Source of the DNA: a virus
Lineage: Duplodnaviria > Caudoviricetes
Strand: one strand, 5' to 3'
Virus record (IMG/VR): IMGVR_UViG_3300021387_000796
Coordinates: 32,001 to 96,000 of that record
DNA: 64,000 nucleotides
Below are positions 48,233-58,817 of the stretch, piece by piece (position 1 is the first letter of the stretch; the number at the start of each line of letters is the position of its first letter). Under the pieces are notes generated by a model. The model was given only the letters and a program-made list of their open reading frames with translations. It did not search any database and was not told where the DNA came from. Position numbers and translations under genes: made by a program.

Positions 48233-48452
48233 TATGAGAAATATAAATATTCCAGATAGCAAAGAACATTATGGTAGTTTCGTTTTAACAGAAGTTGCAG
48301 GTAATCACAAAACATTCATGGGTTTAAGTTCTGATGTTGCCCTTCTTCCTAATGAAATGGAAAATACAATTACAGGTTCATCTGCCTTTTGTGTAGATAC
48401 AGGGGAACTTTATCTCTATGAAGAAACTAGCAAAACTTGGTATCAAGTTTGA
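48233..48452 (+). CDS. Small virion-associated hypothetical protein
   Basis: GSSAFCVDTGELYLY...W motif; AGGAG RBS; TAACTAT at 48199. Confidence 0.5.
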
Positions 48453-48478
48453 TTTTAAGATTAATGGAGATTTAATTT

Positions 48479-49684
48479 ATGCTTGATATAATTACTTTAG
48501 CGGTTGCAGAAAAATATACAAAAGATACGGCTATTGCTTTAGGTGCGGTTAAAGGTGCGCCGTGTACAATTTCTAAAGTTGAAACTGTCGAAGATGGTAC
48601 AGAAATTACATTCAAATGGACAGGTGACGATGGAAGTACAAATACTAGAAAAATCAAAGTAATGGACGGTATTTCTGTTGTAAGTGGAACTATAGATGAA
48701 AACAAACATTTGATTTTAACATTAAGTGATGGAGCGGAGGTTGATTGTGGTGAACTTCCGTTAGTTGATGATGCTGAAGATGTAGCATACACACAACCTA
48801 AAGAACCAAGTGTTGAGAATGTTAAAGACGCTTTAGATTATTTTTTCGATAAACAAATTACTTCTGATGAAGTAGAATATACAAATTCTCAAACTCCTAC
48901 TATAGAAACCGTTAAAGACGCATTGGATTATGCAATTTCCAAAGGTGCTATTTTGGAACAATCTTTAACAGTAACTAACGCTATAGGTTCTGCAACTAGC
49001 GGAAAAACATACGCTAAAGGAACTTCTTTAGAATCAATAATAAGAAATATGTTGATTAAAGAAGTTGCTCCTAGTTTGTCACTTGCGATTGTACCTAGTA
49101 CAACATTATATGATGTTGTTGATACTTTGATTTCAACAATTCAAATGAAAGCAACTTGTACAAAGAACACTTATGATTTGAATAAAGTTGAATTTTATTT
49201 AAATGACGTATTAAAAAATTCGCAAAATATTACATCTAGTGGAATATATACTTATGATTTAAATTTTGATACACCAACAAATACTGATTTTACCGTAAAA
49301 GCAATTGTGTATGATAAAAAAAGTGGTACACCAATGAGTGCGAGCAAATCAATTACTGTAAAGTTTGTAGGTAAGAGTTATTATGGTACAGTAAGTGCTG
49401 ATGTTGGTGAGCCTACAGAAGCAATTATTAAGGCATTGCAAAATAATGTTCTGAAAGATACAAAGAATTTGACTTATAGTGGAATTACAATGGATTATGG
49501 TAAAGTTGTTTATGCTTATCCTAGTAGTTTTCAAAATCTCTCTAGTATCAAGGATTTAGTAAATAACCTCAATTATACCTCGTCATTTACAAAAACAACA
49601 GTCAGTGTGGATGGAATTTCTTATAATTGTTATACACAAAACGACCCTAGTGCTTCAACCGATGTACAATTGACTTTTGCTTAA
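48479..49684 (+). CDS. Putative virion fibre/appendage protein
   Basis: V.Y....NVKDALD repeats and beta-rich C-terminus paralogous to that of the next gene. Confidence 0.55.
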   Translation: MLDIITLAVAEKYTKDTAIALGAVKGAPCTISKVETVEDGTEITFKWTGDDGSTNTRKIKVMDGISVVSGTIDENKHLILTLSDGAEVDCGELPLVDDAEDVAYTQPKEPSVENVKDALDYFFDKQITSDEVEYTNSQTPTIETVKDALDYAISKGAILEQSLTVTNAIGSATSGKTYAKGTSLESIIRNMLIKEVAPSLSLAIVPSTTLYDVVDTLISTIQMKATCTKNTYDLNKVEFYLNDVLKNSQNITSSGIYTYDLNFDTPTNTDFTVKAIVYDKKSGTPMSASKSITVKFVGKSYYGTVSADVGEPTEAIIKALQNNVLKDTKNLTYSGITMDYGKVVYAYPSSFQNLSSIKDLVNNLNYTSSFTKTTVSVDGISYNCYTQNDPSASTDVQLTFA

Positions 49685-49702
49685 TAAATAGGAGAATTTT
49701 TT

Positions 49703-51829
49703 ATGATTTCAATTTTGGACCAATTCGACCTTCGTGCTAAAAAACAGAATTTTCAAAGAGATGCTTTTGAAACAATAGCAGACATGAAGGCATATTCTGA
49801 AAATTATCTACCCCCAATGTTCGATGCGTATTGTTATGAAGACGGTAAAAAATATAGATATAACGCTAGTAATGAAATTCTTGAAGATACAGGAAAATGG
49901 CGTGCAATCGGTGAAGGTGAAGGTGGTGGAGACCTTTCTTCATACTATACAAAAACTCAAATCAATAATCTTCTTGATGAAAAAGTTGATAAAGTTAGCG
50001 GAAAGGATTTATCGACTAATGATTTTACTGACGCTTATAAACAACAAATTGATGATAACGAAAGTGCAATAGAAACTCTCAATGGTGATTCCACTGTTGT
50101 AGGTTCAGTTGATTCTAAAGTTGCCACTGCATATTCAAATGCAACGAGTTATACTGACACGGAATGTACAAAGAAAGTGGACAAGGTGAGTGGAAAAGGA
50201 CTTTCAACAAATGACTTTACCGATGAACTCAAAACCAAGTTGGATAATCTTGAAAATTATGACGCCACTGCCTTGAGCAACAGAGTTACCGCAAATGAAA
50301 ACGCAATAACCGTTCTTAATGGCGATAGCACTGTAAATGGAAGTGTTGATAAAAAAGTTGCTAGTTGTTTATCTGACAGTAAAGATTATACAGATGTAAG
50401 TATACAAAATGCAATTAGACAAACAGCAATAGTTTGTGATGCAAAGCCTACGATAAGCGGAACTACAATTACTTATTATCAAGGTGGAGTTGAAAAAACA
50501 ATAACTTCTGATAATAAAACCAAATTTTATTATACAACTAGTAATGTAAATTATTCTACAATTTGGATTGAAGGAACTGAATTTACAGATACTCTTGCAA
50601 GTGTAGATTTTTCTGATTATGTTTCAAAGACAAATGATGTGACTTCCACATATACAGGAAGTGACGCTGATAAAACAAAAATACCAAATATCGGTGCTAT
50701 GGACGCATTGAAAACTTTGGTTGATACAGAATTAGATGAAAAAGTAAATATTTCGGATGTTGAATCTAGTGTATCATCTTCAAGCGATAATCCTGTTAAA
50801 TCATCTGTATTGTATACAGAATTTGCAAAGAAAGTTAATATTGACCAAGGCTCGGCAAACGAGGGAAAGATTCTTCAAGTTAATTCTAGCGGAAACCTCG
50901 GATTGGTAGACCCACAATCTACCGTAGATTTGTCAGATTATGTTTCAAAGACAAATGATGTAGTTTCTACATACAGTGGTCAAGAAGTCGATAAATCAAA
51001 GATAGGTGATTTAAATGCATTAGATGATTTAAAAGATTTGGTTGATACTGATTTGGCAACCAAAGTTGATATTTCTCAAGGAAGCGCAAACGAAGGAAAA
51101 ATATTACAAGTAAATGCTAGTGGTGATTTGGAGTTGGTAGACCCTAGCGCTTCTATGGGAAGTGATGCTAGTGATATAAGTTATACAAATAGTGATTTTT
51201 CTACATTAAATAATGTTAAAAAGGCTTTGGATAATTTGTTTAATAAAGTTTATTATGTTTCTCCATCGATTTCTTCATTTACTATGTCACCGAGTACAAC
51301 GGTTTATGAAACAGGAAGCACAGTTTCGGAACTTGTATTCAATTGGTCTTATAATAAAGATATTTCTGAACAGACTTTAACTGATTGTAGTTTAGCGGAT
51401 GAAACTGTAAGAACGGCGACCTATTCTACTCCATTCAGCACAAACAAAACATTTACACTTAATGCAACAGATGGCGAAAATAGCGTTTCTAAAAGTTTAT
51501 CAATACAATTTCAAAATAAAATTTATTGGGGAAGTGCAGAAACACCACAAGACTATAACAGTGCTTTCATACTTGGACTTTCTAGTTCTAAATTTGCGAC
51601 TTCATATAAAGGAAGTTATACAATTACCGCAGGTTCAGGACAATACGCTTATATTTGTTGTCCTAAATCTTGGAACATTCCTTCTGTATGTAAAATTTCG
51701 GGATTCTCCACAGAATTAGTAAAAGAAAACTCGATTAGTTTTACCAATAGTTCTGGTGGAGTCGTTGTTTACGATATATTAAGAACTACACATACAGGAT
51801 TAGGTTCAATTACGATGGTATTTGAGTAA
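49703..51829 (+). CDS. Putative head/tail fibre protein with internal duplications
   Basis: KVDKVSGKxLSTNDFTD x2, LNGDSTV.GSVD x2, DYVSKTNDV x2, QGSANEGKILQVN x2. Confidence 0.65.
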   Translation: MISILDQFDLRAKKQNFQRDAFETIADMKAYSENYLPPMFDAYCYEDGKKYRYNASNEILEDTGKWRAIGEGEGGGDLSSYYTKTQINNLLDEKVDKVSGKDLSTNDFTDAYKQQIDDNESAIETLNGDSTVVGSVDSKVATAYSNATSYTDTECTKKVDKVSGKGLSTNDFTDELKTKLDNLENYDATALSNRVTANENAITVLNGDSTVNGSVDKKVASCLSDSKDYTDVSIQNAIRQTAIVCDAKPTISGTTITYYQGGVEKTITSDNKTKFYYTTSNVNYSTIWIEGTEFTDTLASVDFSDYVSKTNDVTSTYTGSDADKTKIPNIGAMDALKTLVDTELDEKVNISDVESSVSSSSDNPVKSSVLYTEFAKKVNIDQGSANEGKILQVNSSGNLGLVDPQSTVDLSDYVSKTNDVVSTYSGQEVDKSKIGDLNALDDLKDLVDTDLATKVDISQGSANEGKILQVNASGDLELVDPSASMGSDASDISYTNSDFSTLNNVKKALDNLFNKVYYVSPSISSFTMSPSTTVYETGSTVSELVFNWSYNKDISEQTLTDCSLADETVRTATYSTPFSTNKTFTLNATDGENSVSKSLSIQFQNKIYWGSAETPQDYNSAFILGLSSSKFATSYKGSYTITAGSGQYAYICCPKSWNIPSVCKISGFSTELVKENSISFTNSSGGVVVYDILRTTHTGLGSITMVFE

Positions 51830-51852
51830 TTTGTTATAATCTGATTTTAATT

Positions 51853-51888
51853 AAAAAAACGACACTTTTTATCGGTGTCGTTTTTTTT
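51853..51888 (+). terminator. Intrinsic terminator
   Basis: AAAAAACGACAC...GTGTCGTTTTTTTT. Confidence 0.8.
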
Positions 51889-52027
51889 GTAACTATCTAT
51901 ATTAGTGTTGCGGTATGCAATGAAAAAAGGTCAGAACTGCGAATTCCAACCTTTTTGAAATACCAAACGATAAAGAGGTTATCGAATGATAAGATAAGTA
52001 TATAGTTATCTTGTCAGAAAAGCAAAC

Positions 52028-53152
52028 ATGGGATTAATTACAAAAGAAGTTGAAATTAAAGTTAGCGGAACATCTTCATATTATGAAAAATTAGGGTATG
52101 ATGTACCAAAGCATAAAGTTAAAATATCAAAAGAACATCCGAATGGATATGCTTTCACTTTAGGAGAAAAATTTACAGTTAAAATTGAAGATTTACCTAA
52201 GTATTCTATTGCAAAAGTTAAAGTTATTTGTGATTGTTGTGGAAAAACAAAAGAAATAGAATATGGTAAATATATGCAAAGTAAATCAGCAAAAGAAAAT
52301 AAATATTATTGTGGAAATTGCGTATCAAAAGTTTATCTGTACGGTAAACATAACAAACGATATTCTTCTTTCAAAGAAGGAAGGTTTAATTTAGAATATA
52401 GAATGATGAAAAGAAATGTATTATCGAGGGATAATTATAAATGTGTTTGTTGTAGAAAAGATTATAAATTAGAAGTTCATCACTTGAACGGATATGATAA
52501 ATTTGAAGATGAAAGATATGATGTTAATAATGCGGTAACTTTATGTAAAAATTGTCATGATAATTTTCATGCTCGTTATGGTAAAGGAAATAATACTAGA
52601 GAACAATTTGAAGAATGGTTTGGTTCTGTCAAAGATATTGTGTCCAAAGAAAGTGTAAATTTAAATCGAGCAAGAGAAATATATTGTTTTGAAACTGATA
52701 AAATTTATGATGGAACATCTGATGTAATATTAAAATTCAGACCTTTAATATCAAAAACTGATAAAAAAGAAATATTAGATATGTGTAATCTCAAGAATAA
52801 TACTTTTTCAGTTAAAGGTTATCATTTTTTATGGAAAGATATTGCAGAAAAATTAACAAAAGATGAAATTGAACAATATATTTTAAATAATTTTAATAAT
52901 CCTAGACGACCTTTCGTTTTAGATTTATCTACATATTTTATTTTTTATAGCGGAATGGATAGAGATAAATATTTCAAAATACCTTTGAAAAGAACAAATT
53001 ATTATACTGCTCGTTACAATACATTTGAAAAAATAATGAATCATGATAAACAATGTGTAATTTATAATACTTTTTTAAATTTTACAAAAGAGCAACAAGA
53101 AACATTATTAAACGGAAACACACCTCGTTTGTATAATAAACTTATATCATAA
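52028..53152 (+). CDS. HNH homing endonuclease
   Basis: RDNYKCVCC...LEVHHL...NAVTLCKNCHDNFH; N-terminal CxxC pair; NUMOD-like C-terminus. Confidence 0.85.
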   Translation: MGLITKEVEIKVSGTSSYYEKLGYDVPKHKVKISKEHPNGYAFTLGEKFTVKIEDLPKYSIAKVKVICDCCGKTKEIEYGKYMQSKSAKENKYYCGNCVSKVYLYGKHNKRYSSFKEGRFNLEYRMMKRNVLSRDNYKCVCCRKDYKLEVHHLNGYDKFEDERYDVNNAVTLCKNCHDNFHARYGKGNNTREQFEEWFGSVKDIVSKESVNLNRAREIYCFETDKIYDGTSDVILKFRPLISKTDKKEILDMCNLKNNTFSVKGYHFLWKDIAEKLTKDEIEQYILNNFNNPRRPFVLDLSTYFIFYSGMDRDKYFKIPLKRTNYYTARYNTFEKIMNHDKQCVIYNTFLNFTKEQQETLLNGNTPRLYNKLIS

Positions 53153-53217
53153 CTATCTACATAAGATATATTTATGATTTGTTTTAATTTTTTGAATATT
53201 GATAGGAGAATATAAAT

Positions 53218-54741
53218 ATGGCAGTAAGAATTGCAGATAGTCTTAAACAACAAAATGACTTAACTTCTTTCCCTGTAGCATATGGTTCAGATATATGGTT
53301 GGATAAAAATAAAGGGAGTGGAACTCCAAATTACGATTCAATTCAAAATATGTTGAATAATGACGAATTAGGCGGAGGAGGTTCTTCCATTCAAGTTGAA
53401 GAATTATCAATCGCATCATCTGAAGAAAGTGGTAAAATTTATCAATACATTGGAGTTAGCGGAACATACACAAAAGGATTTTTCTACGAATGTATGAATT
53501 ATGGTTATTATTGTTGGACTATCGATAATGACCGTTATTATACGAAAAGTACAGAAACTAAGGCGGATAAAAATGTATATGTAAAAAATGGCGACCTTTA
53601 TGAAGAAGTTGGTGTTATAGTTGAGGTATTTAATGACACTTTAACATTCGAAGACGATAATGAAAATGAAATAACTTTAGGTCGTTATTCAGATGGTGAT
53701 ATAACAAATGTTGGTTATGAATGGACAAGTATAAATGTTGAAGATGGTACAAGTGTTGTTGATGAGGTTGCTAGAGAAAGAGCATATGAAGCCATAGAGT
53801 TAGCAGAAACTAAATTAAGCAGAGTTACAACAATGCCTACAGACATTCAATATACGACTACGGTACTTTATGTCGGAGAAACTACGAGTAAATATACAAA
53901 AGGTCATATATATCAATGTACTCCTTATGAAAAGACATATTTAACAAGCAAAACTACATCTTCATCAATGAGTTTTGATTTAGATACTTTAGAAGAAATA
54001 AATTTTGACAAGATATTAATAAGTGAAGAATCTTATGATATAAGTGGTTTTACTTGTGATGGTAATGCAGTAAATTTATCTCGTGTTTATTTTAATGAGG
54101 GTGATGAACTTTCAACTATAGTTGCGTCTTATAGTGGTACAAGTTCATTAAAATACATCACTTCAATAGATTGGGAAAATAAAACTTTAGTTTTAGGTTC
54201 TTCAGTTACTTATACTTCTTTTGGCGGTTTCGGTTCAAACAATTTCATGAGTACCTATACGGTATTTGAATGGGTAGATATTTCACCGACTACTACAGTA
54301 GACCAAAGTTATAGTGCTACAAGTACAAATGCACAAAGTGGTGTAGCAGTAGCATCAGCGATATCAAGTGCAACAGAAGATTGTGTCAAGACTAGTGGTG
54401 AGCAAGAAATTGACGGGGATAAAACGTTTAATGATGGAATTTATACCGAACACATTCGTTCTCAAGGTGAGGGATTTAGTGGTGAAGTTAATCTCAGTAC
54501 AGGTTCGAATATAGGACATGTTGAACTTCTAGCGCCTGGTGCCAATACAGATGCCACAATCAAGGCTCAAGGTGGTAATAATAGTGAATCTTATGTAAAC
54601 ATGACTGCTGATTTAGTCAAAGCCAACAATAAGAATGTAGTTACATCTGTAAATAGCACACAAGCCGATAATAGTGGTAATGTAACGCTTTCAATTCCTA
54701 CAATAACGGTTGATGGTAATACGGCAACAATTATCTACTAA
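53218..54741 (+). CDS. Putative tail fibre/appendage protein
   Basis: Repeated Y.G.....YTKG..Y.C motif, TVDQSYSATSTNAQSGVAV, QEIDGDKTF, VTSVN...GNVTL. Confidence 0.65.
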   Translation: MAVRIADSLKQQNDLTSFPVAYGSDIWLDKNKGSGTPNYDSIQNMLNNDELGGGGSSIQVEELSIASSEESGKIYQYIGVSGTYTKGFFYECMNYGYYCWTIDNDRYYTKSTETKADKNVYVKNGDLYEEVGVIVEVFNDTLTFEDDNENEITLGRYSDGDITNVGYEWTSINVEDGTSVVDEVARERAYEAIELAETKLSRVTTMPTDIQYTTTVLYVGETTSKYTKGHIYQCTPYEKTYLTSKTTSSSMSFDLDTLEEINFDKILISEESYDISGFTCDGNAVNLSRVYFNEGDELSTIVASYSGTSSLKYITSIDWENKTLVLGSSVTYTSFGGFGSNNFMSTYTVFEWVDISPTTTVDQSYSATSTNAQSGVAVASAISSATEDCVKTSGEQEIDGDKTFNDGIYTEHIRSQGEGFSGEVNLSTGSNIGHVELLAPGANTDATIKAQGGNNSESYVNMTADLVKANNKNVVTSVNSTQADNSGNVTLSIPTITVDGNTATIIY

Positions 54742-54791
54742 AAGTATTGATTTTATAAATAAATTGATGTATTTTTTTATAAGAGGATTAT

Positions 54792-55427
54792 ATGGGAACT
54801 TTAAATTTGACAACTGCGGATAATTATCTTACTGTTATCGTTAATGGTACTACAATCAAACAATTGTGGGCAAAACAAGGTAATGATGGAACACCTGTAA
54901 AAGTGTATCAAAAATGGAAAACAACTCATGTTACACAATACACAAATACTTTAGGAAACACTTATCGAGGTGGTGGTTGGGGAGTTAATTACAAATATGA
55001 AAGTGGAAGAAGCAGTTATTGTATTTATCGTTTGAAAACAACATTGAGTGTATCAACTTCTCGTTCAATAAGAGGTCGTGCATATATCGCAGGATACTTT
55101 AATGGAAGTCTGAAACGCACTAGTCCTTATTGGTATGGTGGGGGGAATCAATTGGAATACCTCGATGATTGTGAAACGGCATATGCATCGTACGATAGCA
55201 GTTATGATGAAAGAGCCTATGCTTGTTATTGGAGATTATACACATCAAGTGGTAGTAGCACTAGCGCAAGTTATGGTCCTGATATGTATACTACAACCAA
55301 TACTGTGCTTACACCTTATCACTCAGAATCTAGTACAGGTGCTATAGCAGGGTCTAGTACCTATGTTAATAGGGATTCATATGAAGGTTTAGATACATCT
55401 TATGATGTTAGAGAAGAAGATAATTAG
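54792..55427 (+). CDS. Tyr/Ser/Thr/Gly-rich fibre-associated protein
   Basis: N-terminal V.VNG..IK.LW...KVY.K motif typical of fibre tip proteins; composition. Confidence 0.5.
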   Translation: MGTLNLTTADNYLTVIVNGTTIKQLWAKQGNDGTPVKVYQKWKTTHVTQYTNTLGNTYRGGGWGVNYKYESGRSSYCIYRLKTTLSVSTSRSIRGRAYIAGYFNGSLKRTSPYWYGGGNQLEYLDDCETAYASYDSSYDERAYACYWRLYTSSGSSTSASYGPDMYTTTNTVLTPYHSESSTGAIAGSSTYVNRDSYEGLDTSYDVREEDN

Positions 55428-55436
55428 GAGAAAATT

Positions 55437-56909
55437 ATGGCAAAATGTGATTGGTTTTATTATATTCATCCTTCAATTTGGAATGAAATGAAATTTCATT
55501 TATATCGTGGAATGAATTTGGTTTATAATGGTGAATTACCACAGTATGTGATTGATTTTTGTAATAAAACCGATGTTAATTTGATTCCTTTTTCAGAAAA
55601 GGATATTTATAATTATGAAGAAAGATTTTATAAATTAAAAAAAGAATGGTTACATGACGATGTTGAAAACAACAATTATTCTTTTGAAGTAAATCTCGAT
55701 GATTTATGGAATGAAAGTTGGGATGATATTATAGATGAAAAAACATTATATATCGAATGTAATGTCGATAATATTTGTACAACTTTGTATAACATGAGAG
55801 AATACAAATTTCGTTCTATTCAAAGAGGATGGCTTGAATTAGGTTATAAAATTATCCCTTTGTTTTGGAAAGAATTCATCCCATCACTCAATGAAAGTCA
55901 AATACATTTGGTTGAAAAATTTGATAATATTGCGTTGGCATCAGCATTTGATGTAGATAAATTCGTATGTAGAATTTCTTTATTTCCGAATTCTGTAGAT
56001 GAAATTACGGAAAGAAAATATATACACATTACATCTTCAGATGGTGGAAGACCATTACCATATTATCGTAGGTATTTTTTAAACGACAAACTTAATAAAA
56101 AATGGGGTGATGATTTAGCAACAAACGCTTTCTTGGGGGTAAATACTTCAAAATTGTGTGTAGTTTCACATCCTTCTAATTATATTCCACAATCAGAAAA
56201 AATTTTTTATGATAGAAGTGATAATTGGAAAGGTAGTGGTATGGATAAAGATAGTGAGGATTATATTTTAGAAAAGGCTGATTATATCACATGTTCTTCT
56301 AAGTGGTTGTATAACGATACCTTGAAATATCTTAAAGAAAATAGACCGAACGATGATGTAAAAGTTAAATATATTCCTAATGGTAATGTCATGTTTGATT
56401 ACCCTACTAATGTAGAAAAATTTGAAAAGCCTACGGCTATTTATGTTGGTGCTAGAATAAAGAAAACGGATTTACAATTAATTTATTTGCTTTGTGAAAT
56501 GAATCCTAATTGGAATTTTATGCTTTATGGTGAAGGTGCTAGTGATTTACTTTCAATACCGAGCAATTTATTTGTTCATGAAACTGTTCCAATTGAAGAA
56601 TTGTTTCCGATTATCTGCAAATGTCATGTTGGTCTTATAACATTAAAAGAAAATGAATGGACTGTTGGAATGTTACCTAACAAAGTATTCAATTACATTA
56701 ATGCAAGAATTCCTATTATTTATAGTGGTATCCCTGATATTAACATGGAAGATTATAAAGAATTTTCATATAACATTTCGGACATTTCATCTCTTGATGA
56801 AGTTCTCGAAAATAAGACTACTGCTGAAACATTTGATTCTTATAAAAGAGATTGGTCTACAGTTTGTGATGAAATCATTTCTTGTATAGATGAATTGGAG
56901 AATAATTAA
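55437..56909 (+). CDS. GT-B glycosyltransferase (GT4/TuaH-like C-terminal part)
   Basis: FYDRSDNW, ADYITCSS..L, YIPNG, IYVG, CHVGLI, PNKVFNYINARIPII. Confidence 0.75.
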   Translation: MAKCDWFYYIHPSIWNEMKFHLYRGMNLVYNGELPQYVIDFCNKTDVNLIPFSEKDIYNYEERFYKLKKEWLHDDVENNNYSFEVNLDDLWNESWDDIIDEKTLYIECNVDNICTTLYNMREYKFRSIQRGWLELGYKIIPLFWKEFIPSLNESQIHLVEKFDNIALASAFDVDKFVCRISLFPNSVDEITERKYIHITSSDGGRPLPYYRRYFLNDKLNKKWGDDLATNAFLGVNTSKLCVVSHPSNYIPQSEKIFYDRSDNWKGSGMDKDSEDYILEKADYITCSSKWLYNDTLKYLKENRPNDDVKVKYIPNGNVMFDYPTNVEKFEKPTAIYVGARIKKTDLQLIYLLCEMNPNWNFMLYGEGASDLLSIPSNLFVHETVPIEELFPIICKCHVGLITLKENEWTVGMLPNKVFNYINARIPIIYSGIPDINMEDYKEFSYNISDISSLDEVLENKTTAETFDSYKRDWSTVCDEIISCIDELENN

Positions 56910-57928
56910 TGGGTTTTGTGGATAATATGAATGAACAAAAAATCCCATTCATTGGAGATAAATACAAATATGTTTATACTGGAACAGAATTGAATATCAA
57001 TCGCATTCGTCTCGCTTGGCACATAACAGATTGGTGTAACTATTCTTGTCCGTATTGTATTCAAAGTGTGAATCATCATTATGCTAAAGAACCTAAAGAA
57101 ACTCAAGAATATGTCGAATCTATGGCAAAATTATTAAGACCTAAGTTACACAAACAGAAAGTAACATTGACGCTTTACGGGGGAGAAATATCCACATATT
57201 ATAATCTGAGAAGAATTGTTGAAATTTTATTCAAAGATAATGAATCGGATGCCACAGTAACGTTACTTACTAATTTGTCCGCACCTCTTGAAAAATATAA
57301 AGATTTTATGAATTGTTCTGATAAAAACTTACACATTCGTATTATACCATCTTATCAATGGTCAAATGTTGATGAATTTATAAATAAATGCGTTTTTATA
57401 CGAAAATTTTTAGGAAATGCATTTCAATGTTCATGTGTTGTATTTGATAAGACGACTCTTGAACATCTCAAAGAGGTTGCTGAAAAATTTAGAAAAGCAA
57501 ATATCCCAATTCGTTTTACTCATGGAAGAATGCCAAAAAGTAATAACACATTTTATACTTTACAAGAAGGGGTATCTGATTTTATAATTAATTGGAATAA
57601 AAATGTATTTGAAAAAATAACATGTCATATTACTTATGCTGATGGTACAGAAAAGCCGTGTTTTGCTCGCTCTGATATACTTAAAGAAGTTGCTGATTAC
57701 CAAGGATTTAATGGTGCTTATTTTAAGGATATGATGTGTTTTACAGGACTTAATTTGACACCAAACGGTAATCTCCGTGCAGGAAGTTGTCCTGATAGAA
57801 GTAAATTATATATTGCTAACATTTTTGAAGATAAAGATTTTACATTGAAACCTTATAAGTCGAAATGTGAAGGAAAGGGTTTTTGTAACCTTTGTAATTC
57901 AATTTTAATTTGGAATGGGAAATATTAA
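56909..57928 (+). CDS. Radical SAM protein 1
   Basis: CNYSCPYC, GGE, TNLS, C-terminal Cys cluster. Confidence 0.9.
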   Translation: MGFVDNMNEQKIPFIGDKYKYVYTGTELNINRIRLAWHITDWCNYSCPYCIQSVNHHYAKEPKETQEYVESMAKLLRPKLHKQKVTLTLYGGEISTYYNLRRIVEILFKDNESDATVTLLTNLSAPLEKYKDFMNCSDKNLHIRIIPSYQWSNVDEFINKCVFIRKFLGNAFQCSCVVFDKTTLEHLKEVAEKFRKANIPIRFTHGRMPKSNNTFYTLQEGVSDFIINWNKNVFEKITCHITYADGTEKPCFARSDILKEVADYQGFNGAYFKDMMCFTGLNLTPNGNLRAGSCPDRSKLYIANIFEDKDFTLKPYKSKCEGKGFCNLCNSILIWNGKY

Positions 57929-58817
57929 TATGCAAATCAAATGGAGATTGTTCAATAATTGTAATTTTCACTGTTCGTATTGTTGTAATAGTGTAATGAA
58001 TAAAGTTCAAAATCCTATTAATTTCGATAGACTTTTACGCATCGCTAAATCTATTCACAATTTGATTGAAAAAGATGAAGATGATGTTTTTGAAGTGAAT
58101 TTGATTGGTGGTGAAATAACTATGTTGCCACTTGAACAAATGAAAGAAATCATTAATACTATTTATTCAAAGAAAATTACTAAATTCCATATTACAAGTA
58201 ATATGTCTGCCAAAGTTGATTATTACATAGCAATAAATGAATTGTGTAATAAATTGAATGTTACATTAAAAATCGTAGGCTCGTTTCATGAAGAGATGAT
58301 GAATTATGATGTTTTTATAAAAAAGGCTAGGATGTTATCTGATAATTTGAAATTATTTATTGCCGAATTTGTGGTTACATCTGAAAATAAAGAAATTTAT
58401 GAAAAAATACAAGAGGATTGTAAAAAATATAATATTGCTTTGATGGTGGATTATAATAGAAAAGAAAAATGGGAAACGAATGATATTGATTATGATAATC
58501 GTAGTATTAAAAATTATCTTCGTATAATATTGAATCCTCAAGGATGCATTTGTAGTAATTCAAAATATATGATAAATGTTTTACCGCATGGCGAAGTTTA
58601 TGGTACAGTTTGTCATAACAGAAAACTTTTAGGTATGATTAACATGATAAAATCATTTCCACATGAAGAATTTATTTGTAAACAAAAAATATGTTCTTTT
58701 TGTGGTAAAATTGAAATAAAAACCCCTCAACAAGAAATTCTTTACTCTAATATAAATAATATCATTGTAAATGAAGATTTGATTAAAAAGCATAATGAGG
58801 AAATAAATGTTATATAA
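57915..58817 (+). CDS. Radical SAM protein 2
   Basis: CNFHCSYC, GGE, TSNMS, SFH, C-terminal Cys cluster. Confidence 0.9.
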   Translation: MGNINMQIKWRLFNNCNFHCSYCCNSVMNKVQNPINFDRLLRIAKSIHNLIEKDEDDVFEVNLIGGEITMLPLEQMKEIINTIYSKKITKFHITSNMSAKVDYYIAINELCNKLNVTLKIVGSFHEEMMNYDVFIKKARMLSDNLKLFIAEFVVTSENKEIYEKIQEDCKKYNIALMVDYNRKEKWETNDIDYDNRSIKNYLRIILNPQGCICSNSKYMINVLPHGEVYGTVCHNRKLLGMINMIKSFPHEEFICKQKICSFCGKIEIKTPQQEILYSNINNIIVNEDLIKKHNEEINVI

